Positions 18,363 through 26,931 of a stretch of DNA of 34,386 bases are shown here, piece by piece. Position numbers and translations under genes: made by a program. This DNA is from a virus (Duplodnaviria > Caudoviricetes). Each line of letters begins with the position of its first letter. The stretch's first letter is position 1. The stretch is from positions 1 through 34,386 of IMG/VR virus record IMGVR_UViG_3300020043_005523. One strand, given 5' to 3'. Below the pieces are notes generated by a model. It was not told the origin of the DNA. It searched no databases and saw only the letters and a list, made by a program, of their open reading frames with translations.

Positions 18363-18584
18363 TTACTTGTTTTTAGTGTGCCACGCGGCGTACTCATCGT
18401 AAAGTTTATTGATGTCCTTACTTAGTTTCTGTCCTCTGAACCGGTTCACAAACTCTTCTTTTGTAAAAGAGAACTCAACCGGGATCTGAATATTACCACT
18501 TACGAACATTAGTTCCTTTGGCTTTTTGCCACTAGGAGAAACTTTTTCAACGCTTACCACTGCGGCTTTTTTATCGTTCTTCAT
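18363..18584 (-). CDS. Small hypothetical protein after the major tail gene
   Basis: 73-aa ORF between the tail tube gene and the terminator. Confidence 0.7.
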   Translation of the reverse strand: MKNDKKAAVVSVEKVSPSGKKPKELMFVSGNIQIPVEFSFTKEEFVNRFRGQKLSKDINKLYDEYAAWHTKNK

Positions 18585-18599
18585 ATTTCAGGTATTAGA

Positions 18600-19559
18600 T
18601 TACGAAGTAGGTCCTACGAATACTCTGATTTTTTCAGCGTAATAACCATCCTTAATGATACCAATTTCAACTTCATCTTCATCAGCTGCACCTGCAAATG
18701 TCAAAGTGTAAACACCTTCCTCATTTGGTAAAGCTGATTCTGAAGCCACAACAGCCGGTGTTGTAGATTGAGTCAAGTTGTTGATAGTAGCAACGCCACC
18801 ACCCGCATTGAAGTCATTGCTGACAAAATCAGTGATACCGTCATTTTCAAAACGCACACGCATCCACGACAATTTCACTTTAATATCAGTCAACGACGTT
18901 GAAAGAACCTCTGTGATTAATACTTGTTGTGGTTGTGAATCGTACCAGAAACGGGTAGCGTATTCGATTGATTCAGCCGTGATATAATCTTGTTGTGTCA
19001 AGTCCTCAGTCTCATCAACGATGAACGACAACATGATTTTTTGTGCAACACCTTCTTCAGGGTACATCAAATTTGTCAAGAACGTATCATCAGCGATTTT
19101 TGTCAAGCGCAAATTACCGTCACCGATGTTTGTACCTGCAATTTGTCCGAAGTTTGTTAACTCAAAGAACCCAAGTGTGCTGCACAAATGAGATTCAATT
19201 GCTGCCAACATCTCTTCAGTTGCGTTCCCTTTGATCAATTCGTAGGTATTGGTGCGAACACCTTTTTCACCTGTTTTGATCAATAGGCCATTCCCTACAT
19301 CCTCTGTCACGTCCGGTGCGTGATTGTGTTTAACTCGCTTCACTGCAGGTAAAACGAACAATCTTTCAGTCATGTTCAGGTTATTCAAACGACCTTCAAC
19401 ATAAGTCTGATCAATTACCGTCCCCTGTGGGATTGAATTAATATTCCCGGAATCATTTTTCCAGTGTCCAATCACCAAATAAGTAGTGATTCCACGTGGA
19501 GTTGTGCAACCAGGTCTTCCAGTACTCTTACCAGCGCCTGCGCAAATACATCCTTGCAT
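18600..19559 (-). CDS. Putative major tail (tube) protein
   Basis: 319 aa; N-terminal CxC...TGRPGC; acidic; A-rich leader; position between head-tail adaptor and TMP. Confidence 0.7.
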   Translation of the reverse strand: MQGCICAGAGKSTGRPGCTTPRGITTYLVIGHWKNDSGNINSIPQGTVIDQTYVEGRLNNLNMTERLFVLPAVKRVKHNHAPDVTEDVGNGLLIKTGEKGVRTNTYELIKGNATEEMLAAIESHLCSTLGFFELTNFGQIAGTNIGDGNLRLTKIADDTFLTNLMYPEEGVAQKIMLSFIVDETEDLTQQDYITAESIEYATRFWYDSQPQQVLITEVLSTSLTDIKVKLSWMRVRFENDGITDFVSNDFNAGGGVATINNLTQSTTPAVVASESALPNEEGVYTLTFAGAADEDEVEIGIIKDGYYAEKIRVFVGPTS

Positions 19560-19579
19560 ATTTTTAGTTTTTTTATTAC

Positions 19580-20083
19580 TTAATAAATTGACATGTATTC
19601 CATTTCCTGCCCGTTATAATATGGGAAGTCGGCCGAATTCTTACCGATGTACCATTGAATCGCCCTTGCTGTGTCAATTGCTTGGTTGTACTTTAAAACA
19701 ATCCAAGTAACTGAAAGAACTGGCTTTGAATTTTCTTGCTCGCTTGATGAGTTACCCGGAAGATTTACGTCTTTTCCATTCTCCCGCGCCCACTTAACGA
19801 ACAAATCGTTTCGAACCATTTTCTTTATACCCTCACTGCGAATCAACTCACCGTTATTATCTTCAACGAACGGTGCAAAAATCGTTGTGTATGGTGCATT
19901 AACCGGAACCCCTGAACTGTTTAAGTCTGCAATAAAAGCAGCGCCCAAAACAGCGCCCAACATTTCATAGATCATATCAAACTGTCTCTCATCACGAAAG
20001 GCTTCAAAGTCCGTTTCCGTGTATTGATCAGTGGCAATCTTAAATTTACCAGTGAAGTCCGATATTTCTACGATGTTTGGCAT
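19580..20083 (-). CDS. Putative head-tail adaptor
   Basis: 167 aa after the capsid genes; MLGAVL...FIADL, SEGIKKM motifs. Confidence 0.6.
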   Translation of the reverse strand: MPNIVEISDFTGKFKIATDQYTETDFEAFRDERQFDMIYEMLGAVLGAAFIADLNSSGVPVNAPYTTIFAPFVEDNNGELIRSEGIKKMVRNDLFVKWARENGKDVNLPGNSSSEQENSKPVLSVTWIVLKYNQAIDTARAIQWYIGKNSADFPYYNGQEMEYMSIY

Positions 20084-20352
20084 TACTCAACTACGTGTCC
20101 CCAACCTTTGTTAACAAAATCCTGTGCAACTGATCCGGCAATTTTGTGAATCTTATCACCTAATTTAGGGTTAACCCCGTTTGGTTGAAAGTTTACACGT
20201 TGATTACCTGACACAGTTTTACCAATCACAACTTTTGATTTGATTGGGTCTTTTGGATTAACCTTTTCAACAGAGATAGTGGCGTTCTTTTCAGCCGCCT
20301 TTTTTTCTGTTTTTGGTTTGGCTTCTTCAGCCGCCTTTTTTTCTGTTTTCAT
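20083..20352 (-). CDS. Small Lys-rich head-associated protein
   Basis: 89 aa with duplicated KTEKKAAE and C-terminal AQDFVNKGWG. Confidence 0.7.
   Translation of the reverse strand: MKTEKKAAEEAKPKTEKKAAEKNATISVEKVNPKDPIKSKVVIGKTVSGNQRVNFQPNGVNPKLGDKIHKIAGSVAQDFVNKGWGHVVE
20290..20349 (-). repeat. Intragenic direct repeat encoding KTEKKAAE twice
   Basis: TTCAGCCGCCTTTTTTTCTGTTTT occurs twice on the + strand, 36 nt apart. Confidence 0.85.
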
Positions 20353-20363
20353 AGGATTGGTTC

Positions 20364-20396
20364 AAATAAAGGGCTGGCTTATTTCGTCCAGCCCTT
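20364..20396 (-). terminator. Hairpin / weak terminator after the capsid unit
   Basis: AAGGGCTGG-N10-CCAGCCCTT followed by TATTT on the - strand. Confidence 0.7.
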
Positions 20397-20402
20397 AAAT
20401 TA

Positions 20403-20624
20403 TTATTTCACGTACTCAGCAACTTTGTCTTTGACCATTTGTTCGGCCATCAGACGGTGGGGCTTGTACGTTTTACCAGAAACTAGAACTGGTGTTTTAT
20501 CACCATTTTTCTGAACGATGAAAGTATCTTTTACAGCACGTACTTCTACGCGGTCTTTATACTTAAATTTTGTCAGTTTCTTAGCGTTTCTGGCAATCAT
20601 ATCCTTAGTGTTCACTGCACTCAT
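20403..20624 (-). CDS. Small basic head-associated protein
   Basis: 73 aa right after MCP; C-terminal MAEQMVKDKVAEYVK. Confidence 0.75.
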   Translation of the reverse strand: MSAVNTKDMIARNAKKLTKFKYKDRVEVRAVKDTFIVQKNGDKTPVLVSGKTYKPHRLMAEQMVKDKVAEYVK

Positions 20625-20650
20625 AACTATCTGTATTAATTGATTACTGA

Positions 20651-22171
20651 TTAACTCGCTGTGTTAGCGATTGCGCTTTCAATGACTGCGATCGAATCGT
20701 AAACAATCGCTGGCGTTTCAGTTGAAGGAATATAAGTTCCTACGAAAGCCTCCAATTTACGAGAGATCAAGTTTTTTGAAAAGTCGTCATTCTCATAACC
20801 TTCATCAAACATGATGTTCTCAGAGAAAACAACATTGAATTTTGAAAGGTCACCAGCCAAGATATAGTCCTCGTCCATCTTGTTTGTGAAGATGATTGGA
20901 ACACCTGCGAAAGTTCTTCCGTCAGGAGTTACAAGCGGGTGAAGAATGTACATTGCCTCAGTTTGAGATTTCACACCGAACATTTTCGCTCTCCATGATG
21001 TATGAAGACAGATTGCAGTAGTGCTGAAGTTTGCAATTTCGATCTGAGTTAATACAGCCATCATTACGTCGTAGATGTTCACATAGTCGTAGTAATTTGC
21101 AAGACCAGCAGGTACAACAAAAGCAGAAGCATTGTCAATGATTCCAGAAAGATTTACAGTAAGACCGTCACCGGTTAATACTTGATCATCAATTTTTTGT
21201 TCGATCAATTCACGCGCGTGTACTTGGAAGTCGTTTACAACTGAATTTGTATGTAGCAATAAGCGTTTGGTAAATTTCCAACGCTCTGCAACTTCTTTAA
21301 CGTCTGCTGATTTAGTTTCCCATTTAGCTGAAACCAATGGTTTTGTACCACCTTCAGCAATGAAAGCCGCGTCACCTTCTTCGTTGTTACGCTCTGACCA
21401 CCAAATTTTTTCTGTTCCTGGTTGGTTAGTTACCGAAACATAATTCATGATAAAGATTTTATTCTTTGGAACTGAATAAATGTTTGGATCTACGAAGTTA
21501 TTCACGTTGATAGAGTAACCGTTTGCAGTTGTAATGTGTGCTGTTCCCGGAGAAACCGCTCCGATTGACATAAGTTCAGCAGCTTTCAACACTACTTGTG
21601 AACTATAGTTTGCTTTTACGACAGGCGAATCAATTTCACGAGTTTTTAAAGCTACAGTTTCGTCACCTGAACGTTCTTTGCTGGTAAAGTATTTCATCAA
21701 AGCCGTTTTCTCTTTTTGATCTGCAGCTTTACCACCTTTTTCAGTGAGTGCTTTAATCAATAGTACAGCGTCTTCAACCTCTCTGACAGTTTTGTCAAGT
21801 GTTGACTTAATAGTGTCCACTTTACCTTCCCATCCTTCTGCTTTTTCAGCCGTAATACGTTGGATTTCCTTCTGTGACCAATCACGTTCAGTGGCTAATT
21901 CAAACTCTCTACGCTTATCAAGGTAGGTCATTCGGTCTTCAGGTGTCATTGCAAGAATTTCAGCCGAAGACTTGGTGGTGAAATCAGGGATAACAATTGT
22001 ATTGAATGCGTGGTTGGGGTTTACTGATGCAAGGAATGTAGATACGCCAATGGCTGCACCTGCGCCCAATGTTCCCCATTTCATTAGCATTTCGTTTCCG
22101 GTTGTTGCCAGACACAAAAATACCATTGACATAACAAAGGCCACCATTCCGATTTTTGAAAGTAATTTCAT
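20651..22171 (-). CDS. Major capsid protein (HK97 fold) with delta/scaffold domain and hydrophobic N-terminal extension
   Basis: AAFIAEGGTKP, QVLTGDG...NLSGI, FAGVPII, LAGDLS and ENDDFSKNL motifs; follows the prohead protease. Confidence 0.9.
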   Translation of the reverse strand: MKLLSKIGMVAFVMSMVFLCLATTGNEMLMKWGTLGAGAAIGVSTFLASVNPNHAFNTIVIPDFTTKSSAEILAMTPEDRMTYLDKRREFELATERDWSQKEIQRITAEKAEGWEGKVDTIKSTLDKTVREVEDAVLLIKALTEKGGKAADQKEKTALMKYFTSKERSGDETVALKTREIDSPVVKANYSSQVVLKAAELMSIGAVSPGTAHITTANGYSINVNNFVDPNIYSVPKNKIFIMNYVSVTNQPGTEKIWWSERNNEEGDAAFIAEGGTKPLVSAKWETKSADVKEVAERWKFTKRLLLHTNSVVNDFQVHARELIEQKIDDQVLTGDGLTVNLSGIIDNASAFVVPAGLANYYDYVNIYDVMMAVLTQIEIANFSTTAICLHTSWRAKMFGVKSQTEAMYILHPLVTPDGRTFAGVPIIFTNKMDEDYILAGDLSKFNVVFSENIMFDEGYENDDFSKNLISRKLEAFVGTYIPSTETPAIVYDSIAVIESAIANTAS

Positions 22172-22186
22172 CTTTTGGTTTTTTGG

Positions 22187-22996
22187 TTAGTAATAAATAA
22201 ATGATTTGTTTGCTTCGCGTTCCTTCAAAGTGGAGTCATTTAGATCCGGCTCATCTTTTTGGGTGTCCGCCGACGGCCCAATATTTTTATTTAGTAATGT
22301 TGGCGTGAGTTCATTTGAACCTTCCAACACACATGAAATCTCTCTTAATTTTGCTTCTTTGATCGCCCAAAAGAAACCTTGTTCTTCAGCCTTGGCAGCG
22401 TTGCCTAATTTTGGAAGTGTTTCATTCCACTGCGCAAACGCTTCTTTGTACTCAGGGTCATTCATTGCAAGATAAACTTGAACGTACTGCATACCTACTG
22501 AGTGCTGGTCAATTTCGTTGTTCAGATACATCTGGTAAACCTTTTCATTGTAGCGTTCCAAAATCTCAGACTCCAAGAACAACGCCTGAGTATAACCAAA
22601 TTTGCTAACGTTCAATTGACTCCATTGGATTGCTTTTTCCTGAATAGACAAAGGCTTTCCAACTTTAGCAGTGATGTTGAACATGTGATCATGAAGATGC
22701 CATGCCATTTTCTCTGAAATAGATTTAGCAAATATTCCATCCAAGTGAACATCATCGTGTGAATCCATCCAATTGTAAGTGTTCGCAATGATGGTTCTTT
22801 TGATCGTTCCTGTGGTTGGATCATCAACGTTTGATGTAGTGAGCGCTTTGAGTGTCGTAGGTTCAAGATTCGATGCAACAACGATATCACATTGTTTAAT
22901 GGCTGACTTTTTCAGTTCGATTATCTCACGCTTGTTTGCATGGAGATACTTAAAAAGTTCCTTCTTATCTGCGAACGCTGAAGTGTCAATTCTCAT
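22187..22996 (-). CDS. Prohead maturation protease (HK97 type)
   Basis: DSHDDV...FAKSI, HLHDH, HSVGM, KLREISCV...GSNELTP motifs. Confidence 0.85.
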   Translation of the reverse strand: MRIDTSAFADKKELFKYLHANKREIIELKKSAIKQCDIVVASNLEPTTLKALTTSNVDDPTTGTIKRTIIANTYNWMDSHDDVHLDGIFAKSISEKMAWHLHDHMFNITAKVGKPLSIQEKAIQWSQLNVSKFGYTQALFLESEILERYNEKVYQMYLNNEIDQHSVGMQYVQVYLAMNDPEYKEAFAQWNETLPKLGNAAKAEEQGFFWAIKEAKLREISCVLEGSNELTPTLLNKNIGPSADTQKDEPDLNDSTLKEREANKSFIYY

Positions 22997-23100
22997 TTCT
23001 TCACGATTTCGTTATTACTAATCGCTTTCGACTTTTGAGCCTTTGACTTTTTCAGTGCCTCGGTGTCAATCTTTGCTTTTGGCTTCGATGTTTCACTCAT
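22993..23100 (-). CDS. 35-aa Lys-rich peptide upstream of the protease (not in ORF track)
   Basis: MSETSKPKAKIDTEALKKSKAQKSKAISNNEIVKK*; its TGA overlaps the protease ATG; lies downstream of a promoter motif. Confidence 0.65.
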   Translation of the reverse strand: MSETSKPKAKIDTEALKKSKAQKSKAISNNEIVKK

Positions 23101-23142
23101 TTGAAAAATTGTGGTTGGTTCTTATCCGACAAACAATTGATG

Positions 23143-23150
23143 CAAATATA
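23143..23150 (-). promoter_or_regulatory. -7 promoter TATATTTG for the head/tail operon
   Basis: TAnnTTTG match in the divergent intergenic region. Confidence 0.7.
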
Positions 23151-23163
23151 GAAAAAATTGATT

Positions 23164-23171
23164 TAGATTTG
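23164..23171 (+). promoter_or_regulatory. -7 promoter TAGATTTG for the portal gene
   Basis: TAnnTTTG match 20 nt upstream of the portal ATG. Confidence 0.7.
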
Positions 23172-23191
23172 CGTAACTATAAAAATATTCT

Positions 23192-24505
23192 ATGTCTGAA
23201 TTTTGGAACTCAATCAGAAACATCAGTCCTCTTTTTTTCGGTAGCGGGCGCGATCAATACACACAGACACCTTTTCACAACGTTTGGAGGTCAACGATTT
23301 TCAACAAAGGCACAGAATGGGTTGATGTGTCGAACGGGAATAAGTTTAATCTATACAACACAACTTCCTGTCTTAAAATAGTGATTGACCGCAAAGCCAT
23401 GATGAAGGCAAACGGGCAATGGAAACATAAGAAGTGGGGCAAAGACAAAGAAGGCAAAATCATTATTGAAGAGTTCAAAGAGTCCCCGTACGTTTACCGT
23501 CACGAAAACCCAAACTTTCTTCAGGACGGAAACACATACGGTGTTCAAGCATCTCAACAGATGTCTATTTGGGGTAACAATATCCAGTACGTCCCAAAAG
23601 GAAACATATCCGGAGAACCGAAACTAATGTGGAACCTGCCAGCCGAATACACAACCTTCGATGTTACTGGGAAAATATACAAACAAGTCAGCATTGACGA
23701 AGTGGTAGAAAAATACGTCCTAAAAAACACGAATAACGGAATGGACGAAACCTTTGACGTAAAAGACATCATCCATTTCAAAGATCCACACCCATCAAAC
23801 CCGCTTATTGGACTCTCACGAATGGAAGGCTTAATGATGGAGATCTCAGGCATACGTGGAGCAAAAGGATTCAGACTTCGTATCATCACAGCAAATGGAG
23901 CGTTAGGGATATTGAGTTCTGAGATTTCAGCAGCGATGGGCGGTATGGCATCAATTCCATTAGATCGCACAGAACAACGTAAGATTGACCGCGCACACCA
24001 AAACAGATACGGAATGCAAGACGGTAAAGCCGACTTTATCCAAACTGAAGCGGCTGTCAAATTCCAACACACAGCATACCCAACAGGTGAACTAATGCTA
24101 TTCGAAGAGGTTGTGGAAAACATGGGATTGATTATTGATGGTTATGGTCTGAATGTTCACATGTTCAGCCTTTCTGCAACCAACACATACGAAAACCTTA
24201 AAGAGGGAATCAAACTAGCGTACACCCAAACAATTATCCCAGAAGGTGAGGCAGAAGGATTGATCTACACGAAACACTACGGAATGAATCCAAAAACTGA
24301 CGGTTGGCTTACTCGCGATTACAGTCACCTTGAAATTCTGAAGACAGACGAATCACCAATCATTAAGGCACGTTCTGAAGCTGCCGTAGGTTTGCTTGGC
24401 GCTGGTGTTGAAGCTGAAAGAGTTTCAGTATTAACAGGACTTGAACTTGGCAAAGTGAAGGACATGACACCAAAGGCAATTCCTGGGGCAGCCGGTCAGG
24501 TTTAG
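23192..24505 (+). CDS. Portal protein (HK97 family), inverted orientation
   Basis: 437 aa; NPNFLQ...IWGN, DIIHFKD...GLSRMEGL, NGALGILS, TYENLKE...YTQTIIP motifs; between TerL and protease. Confidence 0.88.
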   Translation: MSEFWNSIRNISPLFFGSGRDQYTQTPFHNVWRSTIFNKGTEWVDVSNGNKFNLYNTTSCLKIVIDRKAMMKANGQWKHKKWGKDKEGKIIIEEFKESPYVYRHENPNFLQDGNTYGVQASQQMSIWGNNIQYVPKGNISGEPKLMWNLPAEYTTFDVTGKIYKQVSIDEVVEKYVLKNTNNGMDETFDVKDIIHFKDPHPSNPLIGLSRMEGLMMEISGIRGAKGFRLRIITANGALGILSSEISAAMGGMASIPLDRTEQRKIDRAHQNRYGMQDGKADFIQTEAAVKFQHTAYPTGELMLFEEVVENMGLIIDGYGLNVHMFSLSATNTYENLKEGIKLAYTQTIIPEGEAEGLIYTKHYGMNPKTDGWLTRDYSHLEILKTDESPIIKARSEAAVGLLGAGVEAERVSVLTGLELGKVKDMTPKAIPGAAGQV

Positions 24506-24531
24506 CCACCGTATAGACACCCTATTTTGCT

Positions 24532-24563
24532 GGGATACGCTGTTTTGGCGTATCCTTTTTTTT
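24532..24563 (+). terminator. Intrinsic terminator of the portal gene
   Basis: GGGATACGCT-GTTTT-GGCGTATCCT followed by a T tract. Confidence 0.88.
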
Positions 24564-24653
24564 GCCCTGTTTTGACCATTTTTACCAAATATGGGTATTT
24601 TTGAGTGATAAAAACAGTCTGTAAGTCACGTGTAACTAAGCTGAAGACAAAAT

Positions 24654-24682
24654 AAAAAAGCCCCGACTTATGCCGAGGCTTT
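24654..24682 (-). terminator. Intrinsic terminator downstream of TerL
   Basis: Minus strand AAAGCCTCGGC-ATAA-GTCGGGGCTTT followed by further T residues. Confidence 0.85.
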
Positions 24683-24727
24683 CCCTGTTTTTACTTACCC
24701 CAAATAAAAAAAACAATTATGGAAGCG

Positions 24728-24735
24728 CAAATCTA
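24728..24735 (-). promoter_or_regulatory. -7 promoter-like TAGATTTG just after the TerL stop
   Basis: TAnnTTTG match within TTTAGATTTGCG, identical to the portal promoter context but inverted. Confidence 0.5.
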
Positions 24736-24740
24736 AAAAA

Positions 24741-26249
24741 TTATTCCTCTTCATCATCTCCCTTTCGTGCAGATTTTCTTTTCCTGTCTGTTGGGCGTTC
24801 CTGAAACAAGTGTCTATACTTCATCATAAAGAACTGCATAAGACCTGCCATTGAATCCGGTGCATCATCTACACCGCCTGTTTTACCATATTCGAACTTG
24901 CACAACTTATCCATGAATGACGCATACTCGCTGTGTGGGTCATAGTCTTTTAAGAAACGTACATTTTTAATTATTCCAGCCTCAAATGTTGAAATCCTGG
25001 TCTCCTTGTTGCTCGTGTTGGCTATTGGCCTGACCGAACTTCGTACTTTCTTAGATATCCACTTGAACACCATAGCGCCCATGTTGTTTGACTCTACGAT
25101 AGTGTACTGGCATCTATTGGCCTTCATCATTGACACCGATTTCGGGATAGTGATATCAGTATTGAATTGATTATGTACAACGTCTGTGATGTACAAAGTG
25201 CTTCCTATGATATGCCCCAAAGGGTGTGAGTAGTAGTCTTGTCCTTCGTCCTTGCTGTCAACGTAGCTTATACAGCCCTCTGAATTTTCACGAATGAATG
25301 GAAGTTCTGACGCGTGGAACCACTGTAATTTTGATTTGTGGAACGGCTTACCCTTCGGTGATGTAGGGTTCTGCATGTATTGTGTCTCAAACACGTGAGA
25401 GGTAAACGGGGAACTCTTAGTGAATTCGATTTCCTCCAAATCCATCTTCGCTGCCCATAGTGGCGTACCGTCCGGGTTTATAATTGGCATAACCAAGTTA
25501 ACAACCTTGGCCTGATCCTTCATGCGTCCGTAGTGGTCCAATAGAACGGCTGTTGCATCTTCCTCACCTGCGCGCTGCTGAATGTTCACCAAAGGAGTGT
25601 CCATTGAGTTCACACGGGACAGAATGGTGTTAAAGATAACGCTGTGCGTCTTTTTACTGTTGGCGTTTGTCGTTTCAGCATCCAATATCTTGTCGATATC
25701 ATCCAAGTAAATGCCTCCCTCAAATTCACGATCCATGATCTCTGAAACGTATTCCTGAACCTCTTCGGGCTTCATTTGACCAGCACCAAACCCGGTAATC
25801 TGTCCAAATATTGTTGCGGTCTTCAAACCACCACCCGCATTTGTACGCCAAACGTTCTTTGATTGCTGATCCTTCTTTAGCGTAACACCATACAAGGCCC
25901 TGAATAATTCTGAGGAAACTATATCCCGGATGCGTATAGACACCTCAGACCTCAACTCATCGGATGCAGTTATGTAAAGGTTGTTTCCTTTGGGATTCTG
26001 CCCAAGGCTTCGGGCAATTGCGTTTAGTGCTAACTCTGTTTTTGAGTGCCTTGGTGGTATGTTTATGTTGAGAAACCTGGTCTTGTAAGCAAACACATCA
26101 TCCAAGGCGCTACAAATCCTTTCATGATGCGGACCAACCCCAAACTTTTGACCGCGCAACTCATGAAAGAACAACCGTGTGAAGTACATCAGAGACGCAT
26201 CACAGTCCAACCGCATTGCGATCAGTTCGGCCCTGCTATATTTTATCAT
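24741..26249 (-). CDS. terL: Terminase large subunit
   Basis: Walker A PPRHSKTE, GQITGFGA, Walker B IYLDD, QYMQNP, nuclease DDAPDS. Confidence 0.93.
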   Translation of the reverse strand: MIKYSRAELIAMRLDCDASLMYFTRLFFHELRGQKFGVGPHHERICSALDDVFAYKTRFLNINIPPRHSKTELALNAIARSLGQNPKGNNLYITASDELRSEVSIRIRDIVSSELFRALYGVTLKKDQQSKNVWRTNAGGGLKTATIFGQITGFGAGQMKPEEVQEYVSEIMDREFEGGIYLDDIDKILDAETTNANSKKTHSVIFNTILSRVNSMDTPLVNIQQRAGEEDATAVLLDHYGRMKDQAKVVNLVMPIINPDGTPLWAAKMDLEEIEFTKSSPFTSHVFETQYMQNPTSPKGKPFHKSKLQWFHASELPFIRENSEGCISYVDSKDEGQDYYSHPLGHIIGSTLYITDVVHNQFNTDITIPKSVSMMKANRCQYTIVESNNMGAMVFKWISKKVRSSVRPIANTSNKETRISTFEAGIIKNVRFLKDYDPHSEYASFMDKLCKFEYGKTGGVDDAPDSMAGLMQFFMMKYRHLFQERPTDRKRKSARKGDDEEE

Positions 26250-26736
26250 TGATTGACTTACGGGCTTCGTCCAACTCTTCTTTTGTCAGTGGTTCACTAT
26301 TGTAATTGACGTTATTACTCTCTACAGTATTGCGATCTGTCCACCCGTGATTGCTCTTTAAATTCATGATAGCAAGGCTTGGGGTAATGGTTCCTCTTTT
26401 ACCGTTACGGAAACAATTTGCCTCACAGTTGCGTTTTATCTGGTCATACACGCTTAAAAGATTTGGATATTTGTTTCTCAGGTACTCCATGATGGAAAGG
26501 TTTGTCCCTGCTGTTTGGGCAACCTCCCCAATGAAGTCATTGTCTCCGCTGTCCTTGTCTGCGCTTATGCACAATGCCTTGTTAAACAACTCGGTTGCTG
26601 ATTCCTCTGACCATTTCTCTGCATTTGTATTACCTATTGGAGGGCCGGCGCCTGACTTCTTTTTCTTAGTAACCTTTTTTGAGGTTGATACAACCTTTTT
26701 TAAGGTCGGTTTCGATGATGCTCTCTTCTTTGCCAT
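26236..26736 (-). CDS. terS: Terminase small subunit
   Basis: GPPIGNTNAEKW and AIMNLKSNHGWTDR motifs; overlaps the terL start; ATG at 26736 lies after a promoter motif. Confidence 0.8.
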   Translation of the reverse strand: MAKKRASSKPTLKKVVSTSKKVTKKKKSGAGPPIGNTNAEKWSEESATELFNKALCISADKDSGDNDFIGEVAQTAGTNLSIMEYLRNKYPNLLSVYDQIKRNCEANCFRNGKRGTITPSLAIMNLKSNHGWTDRNTVESNNVNYNSEPLTKEELDEARKSINDKI

Positions 26737-26753
26737 ACGTTTCACGTTTGAAG

Positions 26754-26761
26754 CAAATGTA
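26754..26761 (-). promoter_or_regulatory. -7 promoter TACATTTG for terS-terL
   Basis: TAnnTTTG between a terminator and the terS ATG. Confidence 0.7.
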
Positions 26762-26764
26762 CAC

Positions 26765-26795
26765 AAAAAACAAAACCCACCGATTAAGTGGGCTT
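26765..26795 (-). terminator. Intrinsic terminator ending the accessory gene block
   Basis: Minus strand AAGCCCAC-TTAATCG-GTGGGTTT-TGTTTTTT. Confidence 0.8.
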
Positions 26796-26931
26796 TGATG
26801 TGATTACCGTTCCGCTGACAATGATCTAATAATAGGGCGAACTCCACCTTCCCATCACTGGCAATCTTTACTTTTTTTTAAATCGAAATTCATGATTTCA
26901 CTTTTTATTTGGTTTTTGGCACTATTGCCGG

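Noticed and set aside
26737-26847. N-terminal extension of TerS given in the ORF track (GTG 26847)
   Set aside because: It spans a terminator and a promoter motif; ATG 26736 is more plausible
26830-26860. Fluoride (crcB) riboswitch suggested by GGAGTTCGCC on the - strand
   Set aside because: Lacks the GGnGATGG context and the downstream TGATGAC/TAATGAC pseudoknot strand; no relevant gene follows
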